NCBI GenBank assembly: GCA_030704615.1
Contig: JAKLZA010000073.1
Location: forward strand, 1 to 8,000
Length of the DNA stretch: 8,000 nt
DNA from: Takakia lepidozioides
Taxonomy: Eukaryota; Plantae; Bryophyta
Direction of reading: 5' to 3'
Shown here: one piece after another, positions 1 to 7,524 of the stretch
How the letters are laid out: each line of letters begins with the position of its first letter
Numbering within the stretch: position 1 is the stretch's first letter
Translations under genes and position numbers: made by a program
Notes under the pieces: generated by a model
The model's input: only the letters and a program-made list of their open reading frames with translations
What the model was told of the DNA's origin: nothing
The model's database searches: none

Positions 1-228
1 TGGTGATTTAAGCTTAGAAGCTTTAATTTTTCCCTTCTTCTGCAACCATAGAACCAAATCTCCCGTCTTAAAAGTTTTTAACTTGTTTTCGTCAAACTGT
101 TCCTTCATCTTCATCTGAATTCTTGTCATATTATCAGCTGCATCAGCACGTACTTCTTCCACATGGTATAATTCATGTTTCCTGACCTTAATTGAATCTT
201 GCAATTCCATTCTCTTTCCCCACTCCGT
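1..228 (-). pseudogene. Integrase C-terminal continuation leading toward the GPY/F module
   Basis: Stop-free in the pol frame and ends FKTGDLVLW...KASKLKSP, the usual lead-in to WxGP(Y/F) in gypsy integrases. Confidence 0.85.
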
Positions 229-2445
229 TCACATGGTAGGTAACAGGAATTCCACTGGAAGTAAGGCTTCCATACCATAAACTAATTGGAATGGTGTATA
301 CTTAGTGGTGACTTTATATGAAGTCCTGTATGACCACAAAGCTGTCAACAGCTTTGTATCCCAATCCGTTCTGTTTGCATTGACTATCTTAGCCAAGATA
401 GTACATAGTATTTTGTTGGTAACCTCTGCCTGTCCATTACCCTGTGGGTAATATGTTGTACTCTTCCTATGCACAATCATGAATTCCTTAGTCAATAATT
501 CAATGGTCTCATTAATGAAGTGACTTCCCTGATCACTGATAAATTCTAAGGGACAGCCAAATCGTGTAAGTATGTTCTCATACATGAACCTTGCTGTGGA
601 CTTGGCTGTGTTGTCCCTCAAAGCTTTAGCTTCCACCCACTTCGTAGTATAATCAGTGGCTGTAATTATGTACCTGTTCCGTGTATTCTTGGCTGGTGGG
701 TTAATCGATCCAACAAAGTCTAGTCCCCATTTCTGAAATGGTTCCGTAGGCATTGTAGGATACAAGGCCATCCTTCCAAATCTCTGCAAAGGTCCTAGCC
801 TCTGACATTCATCACAACTCTGACAATACTCGTGTACATCTTTGAACAAAGTAGGCCACCAGTAACCTGCGAGTAGTATCTTCCTACTTGTAGTCTCTTC
901 TCCAAAATGACCTCCAGCCACTCCTTTATGAACTTCCTCCAAAACTTTATTTACTTCATGGTGGTACAAGCATCGTTTTAGTACTCCATCAGGTCCTAGC
1001 TTATACATTCTGCTTCCTACCATAGTATAAGGTAAAGCTTTGATAGCGATTCTCTTCCTCTGCTCCTTACCATAACTAGGTGGGCATTGACCATGAGTAA
1101 GGTAGTATCTAATTGGCCACTGCCAATCTAACCATTCATCTGCACTTCCTTGCACCTCCATTATAAATAAACTCGCGTCAGGTAACTGATCGTCCACTCC
1201 TGTGGCGGCCTCTCCTGTTGTTAGTCGTGACAAATGATCTGCTACAAGATGCAAACGGCCAGGCTTGTAAATAACCTCGAACTCAAACTCATGCAAGATT
1301 ATTAACCACCTCGCTATCCTTCCACTTATCAAAGGTTTGTTCACCAGATATATCAGAGCCTGGTGATCCACATAAAACATAAACTTTCTTCCCAATAGGT
1401 AATGCCTGAATTTCTTGACTGCATAAATCATTGCCAGTGCTTCTCTTTCAGTTGTGCTATAGTTCCTTTCAGCACTGTTCATCAACTTGCTAGCATAGTA
1501 CACAGGTGAATCTATATTTCCTGTAACATTCTGGGCTAACACCGCTCCCAACGCTTCTCCTGATGCATCGCAGTGAACATGAAATACTACATGCCAGTGA
1601 GGGTTAATCAGCACAGGTGTAGTTACTGACAGTGTAAGTTCCTCAAACGTCTGTTGACATTCAGCTGTCCAGGCAAACACTGCATCTTTATTCAGAAGCT
1701 TGCTCAATGGTGCTGCTATTTGTGCATACCTTTTGACAAATCTTCTGTAATAACTGGTTTGCCCAAGGAATCTCCTTAAACTCTTAACATTCACTGGTGG
1801 TGGAGAGGCTTTAATGGACTCTGTCTTCCTGGGATCCACAAGAAGTCCGTTCTTACATACAGTGTGTCCCAGAAGCACCCCTGAGTTCACACAGAAAGTA
1901 CACTTCTCTGGATTCAAGCCCAGACCTCTCATCCTGCATCTGGCCAGACATAACTCCAATTTATGCAAGTACTCATTCTTAGAGCTGTACACACTGAAAT
2001 CATCCAAGAACACCTGCATGAAATCATCCAGATACTCATGAAAAGATTCACTTATTACTCTCTGAAAGGTTGCTGGTGCATTACAAAGTCCAAAGGGCAT
2101 GACTTTGTATGCATAAGCACCCCAGTCTGTGATGAAAGCTGTCTTTCCTTGATCTTCTTCTGCCACTTGCACTTGATTATAACCACTGAAACCATCCATG
2201 AATGAGTACATCTCATGGCCTGCCACAGTGTCCAATACTGCTTCTGTGAATGGCAAAGGGAAATGATCTTTCTTCGTACAAGCATTCAGCTTCTTGTAGT
2301 TCACACATACTCTTAGTTTACCATTCTTCTTGGGAACTATAACAATGGGTGACAACCAAGTTGTATACTCTATTGGGTATATAAACTTAGCCTCAGCCAA
2401 CTTCTTAATCTCTTCTCCAACCTTCTGTGCGTAGTTGGGATTCAT
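229..2445 (-). CDS. pol: Pol: reverse transcriptase (about 1800-2445), RNase H (about 1226-1583) and integrase (from about 930 leftwards)
   Basis: RT: FMDGFSGY and FLDD (1999-2010). RNase H catalytic D/E/D/D in HCDAS, TEREAL, YVDH and VADHLSR. Integrase HHCC (EVHKGVAGGHF...CQSCDEC) and D-D35-E at 718-720, 532-534 and 424-426. Confidence 0.97.
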   Translation of the reverse strand: MNPNYAQKVGEEIKKLAEAKFIYPIEYTTWLSPIVIVPKKNGKLRVCVNYKKLNACTKKDHFPLPFTEAVLDTVAGHEMYSFMDGFSGYNQVQVAEEDQGKTAFITDWGAYAYKVMPFGLCNAPATFQRVISESFHEYLDDFMQVFLDDFSVYSSKNEYLHKLELCLARCRMRGLGLNPEKCTFCVNSGVLLGHTVCKNGLLVDPRKTESIKASPPPVNVKSLRRFLGQTSYYRRFVKRYAQIAAPLSKLLNKDAVFAWTAECQQTFEELTLSVTTPVLINPHWHVVFHVHCDASGEALGAVLAQNVTGNIDSPVYYASKLMNSAERNYSTTEREALAMIYAVKKFRHYLLGRKFMFYVDHQALIYLVNKPLISGRIARWLIILHEFEFEVIYKPGRLHLVADHLSRLTTGEAATGVDDQLPDASLFIMEVQGSADEWLDWQWPIRYYLTHGQCPPSYGKEQRKRIAIKALPYTMVGSRMYKLGPDGVLKRCLYHHEVNKVLEEVHKGVAGGHFGEETTSRKILLAGYWWPTLFKDVHEYCQSCDECQRLGPLQRFGRMALYPTMPTEPFQKWGLDFVGSINPPAKNTRNRYIITATDYTTKWVEAKALRDNTAKSTARFMYENILTRFGCPLEFISDQGSHFINETIELLTKEFMIVHRKSTTYYPQGNGQAEVTNKILCTILAKIVNANRTDWDTKLLTALWSYRTSYKVTTKYTPFQLVYGMEALLPVEFLLPTM

Positions 2446-2541
2446 TCTGTACCTCGCCTGCTTGATTGGTACTGACCCTGGTTCCAGTTCAATCTTATGC
2501 TGACAGACTTCAGGTGGTATCCCTTTTAGATCCTCATAGCT

Positions 2542-4659
2542 TCAAGCAAATACATCTTTGTATTTGATGAACAAGCTTTTAGTTTCTTCAAAGAATTCCG
2601 GCTCCAAATCAGCTCCTACTTTCACCATCCTCGGTTCCTCTTTAGTTCCCACATTCACTTCCCTCACCTGCTCATCAGCTGTGATTGTCCAACCAGTCAC
2701 CACTTCATCCTGTAAGCTCACAGTGGCTGGTTCCTCTAGGATTTCCATTTCTCCTTCTCTTTCTTCATAGAAATGTGATGGGTAACTGCTGGTTTCCTCT
2801 TCAGTTGGTGTTGCTGTCACTACACCACAGCAGATACCTCTTAAACAACTTAGGCTTTCCAGCCGCATCTCTGCAACCTGCTCCCACTCTGGGTGTGCAG
2901 CAAATAGGGTAGCTTCCTGTTCCTCATCCAGTCCTCCTTTCCAATCATACTCTCTGACTCCTCGAGGTCTTCTTGTAGCAGGTAATCTACTAGATTTCTT
3001 TGTGGTAATTTGTATCTCGTGTATCCCATTATGCACGGTTAGTAACTGATAATTCCAGTCATGGAATACCCTGGCCTGTTTCAGCCACGGACGTCCCAAT
3101 AATAAGGAGTAAGCCTCCATGACTTCATCCATCTTCAACACAGTTACTGTGATCATAAAGATCATCTTCTGTATCTGTATCTTAACTCTTCTTATTAATC
3201 CCAATGGCTGTACACTTCTTTGATCTGCCATTGTTACTGTAAATGGGGCTGGTTTCATGTTACTTAGACCAAGCTTCTTTCTTAATTGGTCTGTCATGAT
3301 ATTTACTCCAGAACCTCCATCTATCAGTACATCAGTTAGTTCTGTGCTTCCAATTCTCAATTGGATTACTGGCATAGAATCATCAAAGTCCATGACTGTT
3401 TCTCGCCCTTCCGACTTCACATTATAACTGGTCACCTTGCTGTTCAGGTCTGTGTTTCCTGTCTCCTGGGCAATTCGATTGATTGCTTGATACAGCCTGT
3501 GCCTACAATAAGGTGCCACAGCCAATAGTTGTCCAATGGTAATCTCTGCTTTGGTCTGGCATATTACTTCAGCCAAAGTCTCTTCATTACTTTGCATGTC
3601 TGCATCTTCTTTCTTCCTTTCATCCTCACTCACTTCTTCTTCTCCATGAGAATCAGAGGAATCTGCCACAGGAATATCAGTACTCTTCTGCATTTCCCTT
3701 ATGGTATTTGCCACTTCCTTGTGCAGTTCCTTCTCATCTTTCCAAGTCTCTTCATCTTCACGCATATCACTGCCATCTTCATTATCATCATCTTCCTCAG
3801 CTACTGGAGGTATTAGTTTGGCTTTGCTTCTGGTTACTATCATTGTACTTACTTCTGGTACAACACATGGCCTAACCATGTGAGCTGCCACCACTGGGCC
3901 CTCATTCACAGGAGCTCTCATCTCATTCTGGTGTCTTATCCAGAATGAACAGGCTGCCCTGCGATGTCCTGGCTGATTACAATAGTAACATAGTTCTTCA
4001 CCATTGGGTCCTCGCCCTTGGTCTGTTCTTGGATTATTTCTATAATCCTGATTCCCGGGCTGGTAATTCCCCCTTGGATTACCCTGATAGTTGCCTCTGG
4101 AATTCCCTTGGTAATTTCCTCTTGAATTACCTCTCCCTTCCATGCCATTGTTATAACCACCAGACCTACCATAGTGGTCCTGATCATTGTTTCTTCTTGG
4201 CTGGGGCTGCACCTGATGCACCCTTACTTGCCTAGGTTCTCTTGCAGCTGTCCTTCTGTTGTAGTAACAATTCTCAGTAGAATGGTTATCCATTTTACAG
4301 ATAGTACAGTGTTTCTCCTTCATGTGGCATTCTGTGGTGGTATGGCCTTCATTTTGGCACTTTGCACACCATACACCCTTCCTCCAATGTGTTGCAGCCT
4401 CTGTGGCATACTTCTTCAAGATTTCTTCCAATCTTTTTTCATAGTTATCCCTCTTCAACTTCTCCTTTCTCTTACTCTTCCTTTTTAGTTCTTGCTCTTC
4501 TTCTTCATCTGACTCATCCTCAGAGTCCGCATCATCCCTTTTCTCTCTCCTGAGCATTCCCAATTGCTCAATTTTGTTTGCAGTTTCAAATGCCTCCTCC
4601 ACTGTATTATGGGGTAACATATCCACTTTCTTTTGCAACTCTGGTCTTAGTCCACTCAC
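2542..4659 (-). CDS. Gag C-terminus with three CCHC zinc knuckles, aspartic protease (about 3040-3375) and PR-RT linker
   Basis: CX2CX4HX4C at 4327-4368, 4267-4308 and 3949-3990. Protease active site VLIDGGSGVNI (Asp codon 3319-3321) and LLGRPWL. The listed start is an internal GTG just after a stop. Confidence 0.92.
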   Translation of the reverse strand: MSGLRPELQKKVDMLPHNTVEEAFETANKIEQLGMLRREKRDDADSEDESDEEEEQELKRKSKRKEKLKRDNYEKRLEEILKKYATEAATHWRKGVWCAKCQNEGHTTTECHMKEKHCTICKMDNHSTENCYYNRRTAAREPRQVRVHQVQPQPRRNNDQDHYGRSGGYNNGMEGRGNSRGNYQGNSRGNYQGNPRGNYQPGNQDYRNNPRTDQGRGPNGEELCYYCNQPGHRRAACSFWIRHQNEMRAPVNEGPVVAAHMVRPCVVPEVSTMIVTRSKAKLIPPVAEEDDDNEDGSDMREDEETWKDEKELHKEVANTIREMQKSTDIPVADSSDSHGEEEVSEDERKKEDADMQSNEETLAEVICQTKAEITIGQLLAVAPYCRHRLYQAINRIAQETGNTDLNSKVTSYNVKSEGRETVMDFDDSMPVIQLRIGSTELTDVLIDGGSGVNIMTDQLRKKLGLSNMKPAPFTVTMADQRSVQPLGLIRRVKIQIQKMIFMITVTVLKMDEVMEAYSLLLGRPWLKQARVFHDWNYQLLTVHNGIHEIQITTKKSSRLPATRRPRGVREYDWKGGLDEEQEATLFAAHPEWEQVAEMRLESLSCLRGICCGVVTATPTEEETSSYPSHFYEEREGEMEILEEPATVSLQDEVVTGWTITADEQVREVNVGTKEEPRMVKVGADLEPEFFEETKSLFIKYKDVFA
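4060..4131 (-). repeat. Three degenerate 24-bp coding repeats (GNSRGNYQ GNSRGNYQ GNPRGNYQ)
   Basis: Visible in the translation, residues 177-200 of the 705-aa ORF. Confidence 0.9.
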
Positions 4660-4668
4660 AAACCAAGT

Positions 4669-5709
4669 CTATTGTAAACCGGGTGCTGGTACTGCAGCCA
4701 GCTTTTTCATCATCAATTCCATCTTTTCCATATACTCCTCAACAGTTTCATGCTTCTTTTGCTTTAACTGTTGTAAACTTCCATACACTTCATCCTCAGT
4801 TTTACTTGTTCTGAACCTATTTCGAAATGTTGTATTCAAGCCATTCCAGGTTAGGAAATGATTATCAGGGAATCTTGCATACCATTCACTTGCTTTCTTG
4901 ATAAGTGAACAAGGAAACAATCTCATCTTGGCATCATCGCCATTCTCATTGTTCACTATACACATGTGCTCAAATTGGCTAATGTGTACATCGGGATCCC
5001 TTTTTCCTGAATATATTGGAAAGGGTGGTTTTGCCCGTGTTGGTTGTAACGCCATCTGTGGCCCTACCTTCTGCCCACTGACAGGTGCTGGCACCCTTGC
5101 TGGTGCTGGTCCTTCTGGACCTGTTGTTTTTGTGGTGGATCTTCCACCAAGTGGTGGCCCTTGAGCACTCCCTGCTACTGGCCCCACGATATTCACAGTA
5201 TTCCCAGCTTCAGTTGCACTACTTCCCACACTCCCTGTCCCCCCGGAGCCAGATCCAGGCCGCTCGCCTGATCCCCCTGAGCCAACACCTTCGTTGGCCT
5301 GTGATCCAAGTGCTCCACTTGATCCAGGTCCAACGGGTTGGGATGTCCTGGTTGTAGTCTCAACCTCAGCTGTTGGGTCTACTTCTTCATACTCTTCCAA
5401 TTTCTTCTCCCTGTTTTCATCTTCCAAGTTCTGTCCTTGGGTTTCTTCTTCACTCATGTAACTCAACTGCAATGGTGTTGGAGAGTCTGAACTCTCCGTT
5501 GGCTCTGCCACATCCTCTCCTCCTTCTTCACCTTCCGCTTCAGAAACTGGAGTTCCTGCTTTTGGTGTTCCATGCCAACTCTTATCAAAGATTTCTGTCA
5601 AATCTTTTATCCAGGGATGTACCTCAGATCTTTCACCTCGTGATTGATCTTCTTCTCGTATCAATTCCCTTAATCTTTCTTGCAAAGAAACAGAAGGAGT
5701 GGTATCCAA
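4669..5709 (-). CDS. gag: Gag N-terminal part: acidic and Gly/Ser/Pro low-complexity region followed by the retrotransposon capsid domain (from about 5025, continuing past the stop to about 4570)
   Basis: FPIYSGKRDPDVHISQF...KMRLFPCSLIKKASEWY...TWNGLNTTFRNRF...LKQKKHETVEEY fits the Retrotrans_gag pattern, including the QxxxExVxxY major-homology-like motif. The listed start at 5709 is TTG. In-frame ATGs are at 5457 and 5055. Confidence 0.88.
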   Translation of the reverse strand: MDTTPSVSLQERLRELIREEDQSRGERSEVHPWIKDLTEIFDKSWHGTPKAGTPVSEAEGEEGGEDVAEPTESSDSPTPLQLSYMSEEETQGQNLEDENREKKLEEYEEVDPTAEVETTTRTSQPVGPGSSGALGSQANEGVGSGGSGERPGSGSGGTGSVGSSATEAGNTVNIVGPVAGSAQGPPLGGRSTTKTTGPEGPAPARVPAPVSGQKVGPQMALQPTRAKPPFPIYSGKRDPDVHISQFEHMCIVNNENGDDAKMRLFPCSLIKKASEWYARFPDNHFLTWNGLNTTFRNRFRTSKTEDEVYGSLQQLKQKKHETVEEYMEKMELMMKKLAAVPAPGLQ

Positions 5710-5754
5710 CTCTAGTTCTTCCGGTATGGGTGATGTACTCTTTGATCTTAATGG

Positions 5755-5878
5755 TGAGAGGTCCAGATGATTCCCCTATGTCTATTCCTCTCTCCCAAAG
5801 ATATGGATAATTAGCTTTCAGATAGATTTCTCTTTTTACTGAATATCTCTGGCGTCTATCTTCTCTTTCATCACTCAT
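5755..5878 (-). pseudogene. Probable true Gag N-terminus (MSDEREDRRQRYSVKREIYLKANYPYLWERGIDIG) separated from the gag frame by a frameshift
   Basis: The ATG at 5878 lies 22 nt after the extra-ORF stop. Its frame overlaps the ATG-less open 5' end of the gag frame and is offset by one base. Confidence 0.45.
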
Positions 5879-5900
5879 GTCCCATGTCTTTCATTTCTTT

Positions 5901-6596
5901 TTAATGTGGCAATAACCAAAACTCTCTTCTGTAATATCTCTCGTATATGCCTGGGTTTCTTTCAAGCTTCAATGCACCCTTGGTTATACTTGAAGTCTCC
6001 GTTACCATATAACCATATGGCAAACAAGTCTGAAAAGCTGTTCTTGGTGTGAGTTTGATCCACAAAATATCCTTTGGAATCCAATTCTTTACCAGTACAA
6101 GCTCTTCATGCATATGAGTATAAACATTCACCTTTCTTTCTTCCCAGCCTTCAAACTCTACTCGCTTAATGGATAGCAATGCTATCACATAAACCAACGT
6201 TGGTAACCAACGCGCTCTTCCTCTACAGGCTACCTGATAAATCTTTATCACTCCTTTCTCCAGACCCCATTCTGGATCAGCATCATGCACTCGCTTAAGA
6301 ATATTTTCTTTACAATCGTCTGGCAATTCCAAGAACCTTTGAAAGAATTGTTTGGACAATCTTTCTTCCTTCGTTCCACAGGGAATTTGATTCACTTCAA
6401 ATTCTTTAATGGTCCAACCACCATGATCCCACCAGATGCCTGTCACATCTGGTTGTTCATGACTCAGTTCCCCAGTATGGTCACCAAATGTCGCGCGGCT
6501 TTTACTCACCCATCCCTTCGCTATCCGAGGCGGAAACTCCAAGATAGAAGAGTTGGAAATCTCTAAGTACTCAGCCCGCTCAGAACAATCAGTCAT
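5901..6596 (-). CDS. Extra ORF upstream of gag, 231 aa, unknown function, with an F-box-like motif
   Basis: ATG-initiated uninterrupted ORF of normal complexity, in the same sense as gag, between the PBS and gag. Contains FLELPDDCKENILKRV (6288-6335). Confidence 0.65.
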   Translation of the reverse strand: MTDCSERAEYLEISNSSILEFPPRIAKGWVSKSRATFGDHTGELSHEQPDVTGIWWDHGGWTIKEFEVNQIPCGTKEERLSKQFFQRFLELPDDCKENILKRVHDADPEWGLEKGVIKIYQVACRGRARWLPTLVYVIALLSIKRVEFEGWEERKVNVYTHMHEELVLVKNWIPKDILWIKLTPRTAFQTCLPYGYMVTETSSITKGALKLERNPGIYERYYRREFWLLPH

Positions 6597-7120
6597 GACC
6601 TACAGCTAGTGTATCATGGGGGTGTTTCCTATTTGTTTTCCTTTCCGCATTCATGTTAGCTACCTTACTATTGATAATTAAGTATCAGTTTGCTTCATCA
6701 ATCTATCGGATTCCATCAACTCATCCATTCATTCCACAACTTCACTCAGATCTCTCTACACAGTGTGATTGTATCGTATAAGTATCAGATTATGATTTAT
6801 CAGGTATCAGGCCGAAGCCATTGTGTCTCTAATCTGCTCTACAATATCACTACAGCTTTGCATATAACAAGCATCTACTAATCATCTCTCCTCCTCCATC
6901 TTTGCTTCCGTTCTTGCTCTCCGCCCGATCCCCTCTCATGCATGACCCCCAAGTCCCTCCGTGAAGTCACCCCTTCAGTCCTTGCTCCTCCTTTTATCTT
7001 CCTATCCGTTGTTCTTAACCGCTTCCCTCACTAACCGTCGTCCGTGAACTAACATGTTCCCTTCGCAGGTGTTGTTCCCCACAGTCGTTCCATGTCCTGC
7101 TATCTTTTCCCTATGGTCGT

Positions 7121-7305
7121 GACAGCTGTGTCAAGCTGTGACTGGCTGTGTGAAACTGTGACGGGTTGTGACCGGCTGTGTCGGGCTGTGACTGGCTGTG
7201 CGACTGTGTTTGGCTGTGTCGGGCTGTTACTGGCTGTGTCGGCTGTGACGGGCTGTGTTGGCTGTGATGGGCTGTGTCGGGCTGTGTTGGCTGTGACGGG
7301 CTGTG
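7121..7305. repeat. Tandem array of 19 units of 8-10 bp, consensus NNNGGCTGTG (CACAGCCNNN on the element sense strand)
   Basis: Read directly: gacagctgtg tcaagctgtg actggctgtg tgaaactgtg acgggttgtg accggctgtg tcgggctgtg actggctgtg ... acgggctgtg. Confidence 0.95.
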
Positions 7306-7500
7306 TAACCCCCTTCTAAAGTGCGCTGCTGTCACCCCTAAGGCTCCTGTTGGTCTCAGTCTGTGCAAAAATTAAGGGTACCCTAAAGATCCCGTATAAG
7401 TGTCTAAGTCCCAGACAGTCCTCTAACACCTCTCTCCTTCAGTCGTACTCTCGCTGCAGGTCCTCCCGTCCACCAACAAAAGGATTTAGTTTGCCCTCCT

Positions 7501-7520
7501 GCCCCAAGTTGGGCGATCCA
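7501..7520 (-). promoter_or_regulatory. Primer binding site, tRNA-Lys(CUU)-like, degenerate
   Basis: The minus strand reads TGGATCGCCCAACTTGGGGC versus the canonical Lys PBS TGGCGCCCA(A/C)CGTGGGGC. It lies 4 nt downstream of a CA dinucleotide. Confidence 0.75.
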
Positions 7521-7524
7521 AACA

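Larger units (their letters stand above)
1..5775 (-). pseudogene. gag-pol: gag-pol polyprotein in a single frame, interrupted by three in-frame stops
   Basis: ORFs 4669-5709, 2542-4659 and 229-2445 share one frame. Manual translation across the stops gives PGLQ*TWFVSGLRPELQ, KDVFA*SYEDLKGIPPEVCQHKIELEPGSVPIKQARYRMNPNY and LLPTM*TEWGKR...FKTGDLVLWLQKKGKIKASKLKSP, open to base 1. The frame is open upstream to a TAG at 5776-5778. Confidence 0.93.

Noticed and set aside
2446-2544. Ogre-like intron between protease and RT
   Set aside because: The interval is in frame and encodes conserved pre-RT sequence. The only defect is a single W-to-stop change.
3313-3321. Protease DGG instead of DTG/DSG as an inactivating mutation
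   Set aside because: D-G-G-S variants are common in plant non-chromovirus proteases, and the catalytic Asp is present.
4660-4674. Programmed gag/pol readthrough at CAA-TAG
   Set aside because: The stop lies inside the capsid domain rather than at the gag end, and the 3' context ACTTGG is not the CARYYA readthrough signal.
6168-6209. Extra ORF as an env-like membrane protein
   Set aside because: It has only one short hydrophobic run (WLPTLVYVIALLSI) and no signal peptide, and it lies 5' of gag rather than 3' of pol.
1814-6566. Numerous 60-145 aa plus-strand ORFs and short alternate-frame minus ORFs
   Set aside because: They are shadows of the purine-rich gag-pol and extra-ORF coding strand, with no recognisable motifs.
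7121-7305. CRISPR-like array
   Set aside because: Units are only 8-10 bp with no unique spacers, there are no cas genes, and the context is a eukaryotic retroelement.
7092-7368. ORFs 7092-7319 (+) and 7111-7368 (-)
   Set aside because: They are by-products of the stop-poor tandem repeat and give repetitive translations.
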